Positions 47,709-56,191 of a DNA stretch of 64,000 bases are shown piece by piece. The stretch lies in IMG/VR virus record IMGVR_UViG_3300036781_000418, positions 124,001-188,000 of that record. One strand, 5' to 3'. Numbering within the stretch: position 1 is the stretch's first letter; the number at the start of each line of letters is the position of its first letter. The notes beneath the pieces are model-generated. The model made no database searches and was not told the origin of the DNA. It was given only the letters and a program-made list of their open reading frames with translations. The position numbers were made by a program, and so were the translations under genes.

Positions 47709-47726
47709 CGTACCCTGGTGCGGTGA

Positions 47727-47769
47727 TGTACAACGTGGGGCTGGTGTCTTAAAATGGCACCAGCCCCAC
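47727..47769 (+). promoter_or_regulatory. Sigma70-like promoter with the -10 box in the loop of a 12-bp inverted repeat
   Basis: TGTACA-N17-TAAAAT; arms gtggggctggtg (47735-47746) and caccagccccac (47758-47769). Confidence 0.6.
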
Positions 47770-47784
47770 AACCGTTTACACACC

Positions 47785-49152
47785 ATGAACTTCGCCGACG
47801 TCCTGAAAACCTGTGAACAAGCCAGTGGTGCTGGCTCCAAGAAGGTCATCAAGGAGGCCTTGGGTCGCTTTGACGCGACTTCACGTCGCTTGATGTACTA
47901 CCTGTTCAACCCGTTCTACACGTTCGGCGTCAAGAAGTACGATCAACCAATCTGTCACACGGTCAACGAAAATGACCTGGACACCGCGATCAACGAGCTC
48001 TTCCTGACGCTGGACCAACTCCGCAACCGCGAGCTGACGGGCAACGCCGCCCGCAACGCCGTGACGGACATTCTCGAGCTCTTCACCGAGGACACGGCCA
48101 AGTACATCGCCCGTGTGATCGACAAGGACCCACAAGCTGGGTTCTCCAACGAGACCTACAACAAGGTCTGGCCTGACGATCCAGTGCCAATCTTCTCCGT
48201 GATGCTGGCCGACAAGTTGGCCGTGACGGAGACCGAGGCCGACGACGGTGGTGACGACTTTGACCAGATCGTCTACCCCATCTGGTCGGACGTGAAGTAC
48301 GACGGTGAACGCAACCTCTGCATCGTCAAAGAAACCGACATCACCTACCTGTCGCGCTCGGGCTTGGAAGCCGAGCACATGTACGGCCTGTTCGACGAAG
48401 AGCTCATCAAGATCCGCGCACACCTTGGCTATGACTTCGTGATGGACGGTGAACGGATGGCCGCCTCCTACATCGACACGATCAACGCCAAGAAGTCTGG
48501 CGCTGAGGGTGAGGTTGGTAAGAAGGCCATGCGCTTCCGAGTCTTCTTCATGATGTCGCTTGACAACTGGAACGCTCAGCAGTGCGCCACCACGATGCGC
48601 CAGAACCGTGCCAACCTCACCGCCATCTTCGCGGCCTGTGAGTGCGTCAAGCTGACCCAGACCGTTGGCCGTGAAGTCGTCGACCATGACGACATGATGA
48701 GCCACCTCGACGAGGTCACCAAGCCCGGTTACGACGGCCAGAAGAAAGGCCACGAGGGTTTGATCCTCAAGCAGTACGAAGCCTTGTACTCATGGGACCG
48801 CTCCATGTCATGGTGCAAGGTCAAGAAGTTCTACGAGGTGGACGTTCGCATCATGACCTACGAGATGGGTCGCAAGTCCCTGTCGCACACCATCGGTCGT
48901 GTCAACTACGTCGGCTTCCTTGAAGACGGTCGTCGTGTTGAAGGTGGCGTTGGATCTGGTCTGCGCCTGAAGTCGCGCAACGACGGCGCCCCAACCCGTG
49001 ACGAGCTGCTCGCCAACTGGGAGAAGTACGAAGGTACGACCATGGTGCTGAAGTACCAGGAAGTCTCGAAGGCCAAGGACAAGCAAGTCCTCAGCCTGCG
49101 CTTCCCCACGGTCTTCCGTTTCCGCGACGACAAGATCATCAACGTTGACTGA
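47785..49152 (+). CDS. lig: ATP-dependent DNA ligase
   Basis: VMLA, VKYDGER (adenylated Lys), YLSRSG, VMDGE, EGLILK, WCKVK and SLRFPTV. Confidence 0.93.
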   Translation: MNFADVLKTCEQASGAGSKKVIKEALGRFDATSRRLMYYLFNPFYTFGVKKYDQPICHTVNENDLDTAINELFLTLDQLRNRELTGNAARNAVTDILELFTEDTAKYIARVIDKDPQAGFSNETYNKVWPDDPVPIFSVMLADKLAVTETEADDGGDDFDQIVYPIWSDVKYDGERNLCIVKETDITYLSRSGLEAEHMYGLFDEELIKIRAHLGYDFVMDGERMAASYIDTINAKKSGAEGEVGKKAMRFRVFFMMSLDNWNAQQCATTMRQNRANLTAIFAACECVKLTQTVGREVVDHDDMMSHLDEVTKPGYDGQKKGHEGLILKQYEALYSWDRSMSWCKVKKFYEVDVRIMTYEMGRKSLSHTIGRVNYVGFLEDGRRVEGGVGSGLRLKSRNDGAPTRDELLANWEKYEGTTMVLKYQEVSKAKDKQVLSLRFPTVFRFRDDKIINVD

Positions 49153-49162
49153 GGAGTTTGAC

Positions 49163-49333
49163 ATGAAGTGGGAAGCTATTAGCGGTGCCATCGCCATCTG
49201 TGCCTTCATGGGCATGTTGGCCTATACCGACTCGACCAAGAACAAGGCCGACGCGGAGATCAAAATCTCCTGCAACAACCTGCGGGCCGCCGCCGTTGCA
49301 GCCAGTCAGCCTACCCCGGTCTGCAGCCTGTAA
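49163..49333 (+). CDS. Small exported or membrane-anchored protein
   Basis: GAGGAG RBS, N-terminal hydrophobic helix and two Cys. Confidence 0.5.
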   Translation: MKWEAISGAIAICAFMGMLAYTDSTKNKADAEIKISCNNLRAAAVAASQPTPVCSL

Positions 49334-49466
49334 CACAGAACCTGCGCAAGCTCGGCGACACCAGGGATGACCGGTGTCGCCGATTCGTTTGTGGTGGTAT
49401 GATCAACACCTACGCCGAACGGTTGCAACCGACGACCGCCTGGCACCAACGACCATACAAGAAGAC

Positions 49467-49826
49467 ATGACCGAAGATGAGCTGATCACTGAGGTGAAGC
49501 GCCTGGCCTACGAGCTCCATGTGGTGACCATGGCCCGTGGCAAACTGTACCGGCGCGCCAAAGACTCGTTTGCGCCTGGTGAGGCCAAGCAGATTATCAA
49601 CAAGGTCTGGACTGAGACCTTGAACAACTTCCAGAAGGAAAACAGGCCTGGCTACTTGGTGATCAACGATCCGTCCCTGACGCGGATGATGCCTGAACCG
49701 ACACCTGAGCCGCCAGTCCCCGAGCCAGTGGTTGAGCCAGAACCAGCCGCGCTTGAAGCGCCAACCGAACAACCAGCTGAAGCACCAGTTGAGGAGTCCA
49801 AAGATGACGACCGAAGCAGTCCATGA
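49467..49826 (+). CDS. Hypothetical protein with Pro/Glu-rich tail
   Basis: Start chosen at the internal ATG downstream of a TATGAT box. Confidence 0.55.
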   Translation: MTEDELITEVKRLAYELHVVTMARGKLYRRAKDSFAPGEAKQIINKVWTETLNNFQKENRPGYLVINDPSLTRMMPEPTPEPPVPEPVVEPEPAALEAPTEQPAEAPVEESKDDDRSSP

Positions 49827-50715
49827 TTTTCTGCACTGCGGAATTGACCGCGATGTTTTGAAGGCGCGATGTGACCTAGTCGACCAGCTCATCAACTTCG
49901 TCGACCGTGCTGAGTGCCTGTGGGAACACAGCGGTCAGCGGGGCGGTGGCCAGCAGCGCGTAGCCGAACTTGGAACGTACAAGGACGTCTGTGAAGGCGC
50001 CATGTTCAAGAAGGTTCGACTGCACCAACACCAGCCGGCGCTCATCAAGCACCTGGCTAACGTGAACTCCGTGTTGCACACTCACGAGTTCCTGCGGACA
50101 ACTTGGCGGCGCAACGCCTACTTCCTGTGCCACGAAGACGAGAAGATGGGCAGTCCACCGCTGAACATTCCAGTTGAAGAGCTGAAGCTGTGGGTGTATG
50201 AGTTTGGTCCCGTGCCGTCGCCGAGCTTGAATGCCAACGCGCCGACGGCCGACGTGCTGGGTGCGTTGGGGAACGCCTACCACACGTTCAACGTTTCTCG
50301 ACTTCGAGTTCGTGCGCTGGACGTCATCCGCGACCTGTTGTCAAACGACGACCATTTCAAGTACATTGACGAGTCAATTCGACGCGTTGAGGGTCAAATC
50401 AGGCGAGCGCTCTACGACCAGATGACGGCTCAACTGGTGAACATCAGCATGTTCGGCATGCTGGCTGGTGGAACGCACCTGGCGAAGGCCACACAGTTCC
50501 TCTACAACTTCAACCTGCGGCCACATGGCTCCGTTGGCGTGACGCTCATTCAGTACCTGACGCACGAACATCGTTATCCAGGCTATTGGATGTCTAAGAC
50601 GGAGACTGACCTCCGAGCCGACATCGACAAGCGCTACGCCGCGCGGATCAAGAACTTAAAGGTGGATAAGTTGGCCGACCTTGATGTGCAGCAGGATGGC
50701 GAACGCTCGAGCTGA
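49804..50715 (+). CDS. Hypothetical protein
   Basis: About 303 aa with a GAGGAG RBS. Confidence 0.65.
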   Translation: MTTEAVHDFLHCGIDRDVLKARCDLVDQLINFVDRAECLWEHSGQRGGGQQRVAELGTYKDVCEGAMFKKVRLHQHQPALIKHLANVNSVLHTHEFLRTTWRRNAYFLCHEDEKMGSPPLNIPVEELKLWVYEFGPVPSPSLNANAPTADVLGALGNAYHTFNVSRLRVRALDVIRDLLSNDDHFKYIDESIRRVEGQIRRALYDQMTAQLVNISMFGMLAGGTHLAKATQFLYNFNLRPHGSVGVTLIQYLTHEHRYPGYWMSKTETDLRADIDKRYAARIKNLKVDKLADLDVQQDGERSS

Positions 50716-51060
50716 GTTCTCGGACGCCAGCTCTGGCGTCCGCACCATCATGTCGCCGTACCGTAGCTGAACGATCCAGCCGAGCTGTTCCTTGAACGCG
50801 GTCTCTGGGAAAAAGATCATGGGCTGAACGCCAAGCTTGATCTCAAGCTTGGACAGCTCGTCAAGGCTGTTGATGTAGTTGACCTCGCTGTTCGCGTAGG
50901 ACGACAGCTTCGAGCGGAAGAACTCGTTGATGCGGCCAACCTTGATCACCTGCTCCCATTCACCCATCAGCTCATCACTCATCTGATCGATGAGCTTTGG
51001 GATGTCTTGCGGCGGGGTGGGGGCGCCTGCCTTAGGGAACGCGAAGATCTTAGCTGTCAT
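50656..51060 (-). CDS. Hypothetical protein
   Basis: 134 aa, coupled by ATGA to the phosphoesterase gene. Confidence 0.65.
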   Translation of the reverse strand: MTAKIFAFPKAGAPTPPQDIPKLIDQMSDELMGEWEQVIKVGRINEFFRSKLSSYANSEVNYINSLDELSKLEIKLGVQPMIFFPETAFKEQLGWIVQLRYGDMMVRTPELASENSARAFAILLHIKVGQLIHL

Positions 51061-51869
51061 ACCTCAATTGAAGCCGTTCCGTCGTAGCGGTGGTACTTTA
51101 GATCCACTTCAAAGTGGTAGCCACCTGGGTTGCACAGCACCTGCGTGCGGTACAGCTGTCGGTTGATCGTGTCATGGGTGTGACCGAAGATCCAGTAAGC
51201 GGGCGCGTTGTCGTCCATCATCATCAGACCGCAGTCGGAGGCGAAGCCGCCGTTCATGGAGCTGCCGTGACGCGGGTGGCACAGTGAATGGGACGGCACG
51301 TGGTGGGTCACCACGATCGTCTTGCCGTCGTGCTTCGACGCAAGGGCCAGGCCGATTCGTTCACGGTTTACCTTGTTCATCTCGAACATGTCGCCGGCCG
51401 TGAATAGTTGGGCCGAGTGAACGTCACCGATCGTGATCTCACGGAAGTCCCACATGCCGTTCTGCACTACCAGGGTCTCCAATGGGTTTGAACCGCCGTC
51501 GGCCCAGAGCACGGACATGATGAAACGCACATCGTCGATGTAGACCGTCTTCACGCCCTTGACGACGTACGTGACGTTCGTCAGGGTAGTCCAGGCCGGA
51601 CCCATGATGGCCGCCTCGTACTCGTTCATGTTGTAGCCGTAGAACTCGTGGTTTCCAGCGACCATCAGGACGTGCTTGAAACGCTTCGACAGGACTTCCA
51701 AGACGACCTGCAAGTAGTTGCGCTTGGCGCAGATGTCACCAGCCAGTACCAGGACGGTTGCCTCGTCACCGAGGAGCGTCGGGATGTGGTCCTCAACTAG
51801 GTCGGCGACGGAGCGCTTTTGGCCCACCTTGAACTCAAGGTGGAGGTCGGAGACGTATCGAATCTTCAT
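51057..51869 (-). CDS. Calcineurin-like metallophosphoesterase
   Basis: SDLH, AGDI, AGNHE, VVTHH and WIFGHTH. Confidence 0.92.
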   Translation of the reverse strand: MKIRYVSDLHLEFKVGQKRSVADLVEDHIPTLLGDEATVLVLAGDICAKRNYLQVVLEVLSKRFKHVLMVAGNHEFYGYNMNEYEAAIMGPAWTTLTNVTYVVKGVKTVYIDDVRFIMSVLWADGGSNPLETLVVQNGMWDFREITIGDVHSAQLFTAGDMFEMNKVNRERIGLALASKHDGKTIVVTHHVPSHSLCHPRHGSSMNGGFASDCGLMMMDDNAPAYWIFGHTHDTINRQLYRTQVLCNPGGYHFEVDLKYHRYDGTASIEV

Positions 51870-52039
51870 GATGCTTTCTTGAGCTCGAGCTGGAGTTCCA
51901 TCCAACACTTAAGCTTCTGCTTTAGTTCTACAACGACACCCGGCTTGCTGAGCGCACCTTGGATCGCCGCGAGCTGGAGCTCGGCGATCAGGGCTTCGCG
52001 TCTCGCCACGTACTGGGCGAACAAGTAGATGTTACTCAT
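51866..52039 (-). CDS. Small helical protein (57 aa, below the ORF-track cutoff)
   Basis: MSNIYLFAQYVARREALIAELQL...; downstream of a minus-strand TAAATA (52045-52050) and overlapping the next start (ATGA). Confidence 0.55.
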   Translation of the reverse strand: MSNIYLFAQYVARREALIAELQLAAIQGALSKPGVVVELKQKLKCWMELQLELKKAS

Positions 52040-52157
52040 GCGTATATTTACCCATTTTGGTGGGTTGTGAGTCCCAAATTGAGGTACATGGGTATGAACC
52101 CAACTTGCTACAATTCAAGCTGTTGTTCCACCAAGTCGTGCTCACGCACACCCACTT

Positions 52158-52433
52158 ATGCAAAAGCGTTTTCAAGATCACACCTCCAGCGTGGCGTTGT
52201 ACGCCGTCCTTAACGAGGACGGGACGTACTTCGCGGGGTTTGACCCACTTAAAGGTGAGGCTGTCAAGGTCGTAGACCCACTGAGAGCCAAGCTGTTCAC
52301 CAACAAGTTCAAAGCGTCTCTTCGTCCAGGGGAGCAGCTGGTGGAGCTGCTCGTCACGCTGTCCTTAGACAACACCCACGTCTCCAAACCCTTCCGCCCA
52401 AAGCGTCGGACCGATCCAACTACAACGGAGTAA
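52158..52433 (+). CDS. Hypothetical phage protein
   Basis: 91 aa. Confidence 0.55.
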   Translation: MQKRFQDHTSSVALYAVLNEDGTYFAGFDPLKGEAVKVVDPLRAKLFTNKFKASLRPGEQLVELLVTLSLDNTHVSKPFRPKRRTDPTTTE

Positions 52434-52436
52434 TCC

Positions 52437-52832
52437 ATGTCAAGATACCGTAACGACAACAGTGCCGGCGTTGCTATCCTCGCGGTGCTGTTTATCATCC
52501 TCGCCTTCTGTGGCGTCGTCGGTGCCATTGGCACCGCGATCTACTTCCAGTTCTCAACGATCATGCATGGGGTGCTGGCCCTAACCAACTGGGTGCCAAC
52601 GATGGGGGTCAAGACCGGAATCTTCGTCGGCACCTGCCTCATCATGTTGTACTTCCGAGCGTTGTACACGTTCGGTGGCATGGCGCTGGGTTGGTTCGTG
52701 TTGGGCATGTCCTGGTGGCAACCGCCGTTGATCTTCTTCCCGTTCATCGCCTTCGCCCTCTTCGGTACGTCGCTTCTCGCGGCCGTCACGCTGCTGGGTT
52801 CGGTGGTCGTTGACTTTTTCGATCGGAGATAA
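52437..52832 (+). CDS. Multi-TM membrane protein
   Basis: About four hydrophobic segments. Confidence 0.65.
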   Translation: MSRYRNDNSAGVAILAVLFIILAFCGVVGAIGTAIYFQFSTIMHGVLALTNWVPTMGVKTGIFVGTCLIMLYFRALYTFGGMALGWFVLGMSWWQPPLIFFPFIAFALFGTSLLAAVTLLGSVVVDFFDRR

Positions 52833-52835
52833 TTC

Positions 52836-54173
52836 ATGTCACGTAAGCTAGTTTCAGTCCGCACCATCGACGCGCTGCGCCCGATTCCCGGTGCGGACGC
52901 CATCGAGGTCGCAACCATCGGCGGCTGGGAGCTCGTGGTGAAGCGTGGCGAGTTCGAAGTGGGGGTCCCATGCCTGTACTTCGAGATCGACTCATTCCTA
53001 CCCAAGCACGTTCCGGCCTTCAGCTTCCTAATGACTCGTGGACTGCGCACCTTTGAGGGCGTCGAAGGCCACAAGCTGAAGACGATCCGCCTGCGTGGTC
53101 AGCGTTCGCAAGGCCTGGCCCTGCCGCTTACCATGTTCGCCTTCATGGAGCCGCTGCTCCGCGGTGTCCAAACAACGGACGAGGAGCTGGCCAACTACTG
53201 GCTGCCCGCCGAGAAGATTCCAATGTGGCGGGAGTACTTCTTCGGCATGCACGAGTACGAGGCCGCCCTGGCTCCACAGGACTTTGACTGGGCGCCGATG
53301 TTCGACGTGGTGAAGTGGGAAGTTGAACTGCCCGCCAGCTTGAAGGGTCAGGCCAAGGGCACGTTCCCGTCGTTCATCCGCAAGACGGACCAAGAGCGCT
53401 GCCAGAACATGAAGCAGGAGATCTTCGGTTCCCCTGACGAGACGTACGTGTTTGACGTCTCCACGCTGCCACAGGAGGCGATCGACGCGATGCTCCAGAA
53501 GGGTCACCTCCAAGTGATCAACGGCATCTACCACCGCATCGTGTCGGGGTTGGCTGGCCAAGATCCTGACACCGTGTACGAAGTCACGTTGAAGGTGGAC
53601 GGTTCGTCGTTCACCGCCTACGTCAAGGCCGACGACGATGGCAACGTGGTCACGGGTGTCTGCAGTCGGAACCTTGAGCTGAAGGTGAACGACGAGAACA
53701 AGGACAACGCGTTCGTCAAGATGTTCGTGGAGAGCGGTCTCCAGGCCGCGATGATCGAGATGTACAACAACCCAAACAACCACATTCCGGACGGTCGCCC
53801 ATTCGCGTTTGCGGTGCAGGGTGAGTTGATGGGGCCTGGCATTCAGAGCAACCGTGAAGGCTTCACGGAGAACAAGCTGTTCGTGTTCGACATCTTCGAC
53901 ATCAACCAAGGGTTCTACATGCCGCCGATGTTCCGACACGACGTCGTAGAGGAGCTGCAGAAGTTGGGCGCCAAGCTTGAACACGTGCCGATTCTCGACG
54001 CTTGCGCAAAGCTGTCCGACCTCGGGCTGCACGACATCGCGTCGATCTTGGCCTTCGCCAATGGCCCCAGCATCAACAACCCGGTTCGGGAAGGCGTCGT
54101 CTTCAAGCGCATGGACGGTCAGTTCAGCTTCAAGGCGATCAGCAACCTGTACCTGGAAATGGAGAAGGACTGA
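52836..54173 (+). CDS. ATP-dependent RNA ligase (DRB0094/Rnl5-like)
   Basis: N-terminal IPGADAIE..GGW..VV..YFEIDS; KTDQER, TLKVDGSS (motif I), CSRN, QGEL.GPGIQ.N, FVFDI, REGVVFK and SFKAISN. Confidence 0.92.
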   Translation: MSRKLVSVRTIDALRPIPGADAIEVATIGGWELVVKRGEFEVGVPCLYFEIDSFLPKHVPAFSFLMTRGLRTFEGVEGHKLKTIRLRGQRSQGLALPLTMFAFMEPLLRGVQTTDEELANYWLPAEKIPMWREYFFGMHEYEAALAPQDFDWAPMFDVVKWEVELPASLKGQAKGTFPSFIRKTDQERCQNMKQEIFGSPDETYVFDVSTLPQEAIDAMLQKGHLQVINGIYHRIVSGLAGQDPDTVYEVTLKVDGSSFTAYVKADDDGNVVTGVCSRNLELKVNDENKDNAFVKMFVESGLQAAMIEMYNNPNNHIPDGRPFAFAVQGELMGPGIQSNREGFTENKLFVFDIFDINQGFYMPPMFRHDVVEELQKLGAKLEHVPILDACAKLSDLGLHDIASILAFANGPSINNPVREGVVFKRMDGQFSFKAISNLYLEMEKD

Positions 54174-54313
54174 TGGAACCGAACAAGATGCTCGTTGAGC
54201 TCTTCGGCGGCATTATGGTCAGGCTCGCGATCGTCGCGGCGATCGGTGCCGTGTCCACGTTTGCCTGGATTATCTACGGCCTAGTGCACCTCATCAGGTA
54301 CATCGTGACCTGA
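54173..54313 (+). CDS. Small membrane peptide
   Basis: 46 aa, hydrophobic, overlapping the ligase stop. Confidence 0.45.
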   Translation: MEPNKMLVELFGGIMVRLAIVAAIGAVSTFAWIIYGLVHLIRYIVT

Positions 54314-54328
54314 ACCTAAAACCATTGG

Positions 54329-54368
54329 TGTACACAGCGGGTGAGGTCGTTAAAATGACCTCACCCGC
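54329..54368 (+). promoter_or_regulatory. Sigma70-like promoter with the -10 box in the loop of a 12-bp inverted repeat
   Basis: TGTACA-N16-TAAAAT; arms gcgggtgaggtc (54337-54348) and gacctcacccgc (54357-54368). Confidence 0.6.
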
Positions 54369-54407
54369 ACATGTATGCGGATGGCGTGTAACTTTGAAGG
54401 GAATTCT

Positions 54408-55061
54408 ATGTGGGACAAACTCAAGGGTTTGGTCATTGAGTCGGATCCGGCCCCCGCCGCGTCCGCACCTCAAGTGGCCGCACCTGGAAAACCGTTGGTG
54501 ACACCAATGGGCAGCACTCCGATCACGTTCACTCCGCCTGGTGTGAACATGGACTTCGTCAACGCGATCAAGAAGGCGATCTTCAGCCGGCCGAGCGCGT
54601 ACCTCACGCTCCTGGAGGCGTCCACGAAGTTGGAGGCCTTCATCGCGGATCCGAACATGCGGATGAAAGCCGCGTGGCAGACTTCGGGTGGTGGTCGCTC
54701 CGCACAGGAAGTCGTGAACGCGGTCACCGCCCACTTGGCGGACGTGGACGGTGAAGAACGCAAGTTCAACGTCGCCGTACAGAACCAGATTCAGACGGCC
54801 GTCGGCACGTTGGTCAACCAAGCCGCCACGCTGCGACAGGACAATGACAACTGCCGCAAGCAGGTCGAACAGCTGACACAGCAGATCACCCAGCTCAACG
54901 ACCGCGTCACGCAACAAGACACGATGGCCTTGCAGCTCGACGGTCAAATCACCGACTCGCGCGCGAAGCTGGATCAGTCCTCCAACGAGTTCAAGGTCGC
55001 CGCACAGGTCGTGCGTGACGAGCTCTCCGCCCACCGCACCACCATCACCTCCACCCTTTAA
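54408..55061 (+). CDS. Coiled-coil protein
   Basis: Pro/Ala linker, small helical domain and a long Gln-rich heptad C-terminus. Confidence 0.75.
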   Translation: MWDKLKGLVIESDPAPAASAPQVAAPGKPLVTPMGSTPITFTPPGVNMDFVNAIKKAIFSRPSAYLTLLEASTKLEAFIADPNMRMKAAWQTSGGGRSAQEVVNAVTAHLADVDGEERKFNVAVQNQIQTAVGTLVNQAATLRQDNDNCRKQVEQLTQQITQLNDRVTQQDTMALQLDGQITDSRAKLDQSSNEFKVAAQVVRDELSAHRTTITSTL

Positions 55062-55070
55062 GGTACCACC

Positions 55071-56090
55071 ATGTCGAATGAACTGACAACGCAACAAGCG
55101 AAGTCCTTCTGGGCTCGCCCAGAAGGCAAGACGGGTATGCTCGCCATCGCGGGCGGTGGCGTCGGCCTCTGGCTCGCCGGCCCCTTCCTCATCGGCCTCT
55201 TCGCGACGGCCATCACCCTCGTCGGCCAGGCGATCACGCTGACGATTCTCGGCGCGATCCTCTTCGCGCTGTGGATGATCTTGTCGAACAAGAAGTTCCA
55301 GACGCTGGTCTCCTACTTCTTCAAGTCCGCGATGCGCTCCCTCACCGGTGTGATCGTGGAGATCGATCCGATCGGCATCATGAAGTCGTACGTCGAGGAC
55401 ATGAAGAAGAAGCGCGACGTCATCTCCGAGGCGCGCGACAAGCTCAACGGCCAGGTGAAGAACCTCGAGCAGAAGATTCGCGACAACGACAGTGGTCGTG
55501 AAAACGCGATGGCCAAGGCGAAGGTTGCACAGGAAAAGGGCATGGGCGCCGCGCTTCAAGTGCAGGCCCGCCAAGCTGGCCGCCTGGAAAAGCTGAACGA
55601 AGGCAGCTTCAAGCCGATGCTCGCCAAGATGAACGCGCACAAGAAGGCGTTGGACAAGTACTACGAGGTCACGGGCATCGTGATCGAGGACTTGCAGAAC
55701 GAAGTTGAGATGCGCGAGATCCAGCGCAAGACCATCTTGGCCTCGTACTCCGCGATGAAGGCGGCTTCCGCGATCATCAACGGCGGCACGAACGAGAAGG
55801 AGCTCTTCGACCAAGCCACTGAGTTCGTCGCGATGGACTACGCCGCGAAGCTGGGTGAGATCGAGTCCTTCATCGAGAACTCGCAAGGCTTCGTCGACGG
55901 CATCGACATCGAGAACGGCGTCTACGAGGCGTCCGCCCTCAAGAACCTCGAGCTGTGGGAAGGTTCCGACTCCATCCTGCTCGGTCATGGCAAAGCGGCG
56001 CTGGTTCAAGCTGACCTGAGCGTCTCGCCGCTGACCACCAAGATCGGCAACGACTCGCTGGACTACGCAACGCTGCTGTCCCGCAAATAA
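55071..56090 (+). CDS. Membrane-anchored coiled-coil protein (PspA/IM30-like tendency)
   Basis: Two N-terminal TM segments followed by about 250 aa of heptad-rich helices. Confidence 0.7.
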   Translation: MSNELTTQQAKSFWARPEGKTGMLAIAGGGVGLWLAGPFLIGLFATAITLVGQAITLTILGAILFALWMILSNKKFQTLVSYFFKSAMRSLTGVIVEIDPIGIMKSYVEDMKKKRDVISEARDKLNGQVKNLEQKIRDNDSGRENAMAKAKVAQEKGMGAALQVQARQAGRLEKLNEGSFKPMLAKMNAHKKALDKYYEVTGIVIEDLQNEVEMREIQRKTILASYSAMKAASAIINGGTNEKELFDQATEFVAMDYAAKLGEIESFIENSQGFVDGIDIENGVYEASALKNLELWEGSDSILLGHGKAALVQADLSVSPLTTKIGNDSLDYATLLSRK

Positions 56091-56191
56091 GTATGGTCCC
56101 TGGCAGCCGCTCCTTGGCTGCCAGCATAGAATGACCTACGCCTCTGAGCGTGTATTAGCGTGTTCAACACTTCAAACCTGAGGGTTTAATC

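Noticed and set aside
47566-47784. Upstream extension of the ligase ORF as given in the track
   Set aside because: It overlaps the previous gene and the promoter hairpin; the real start is most likely the ATG at 47785.
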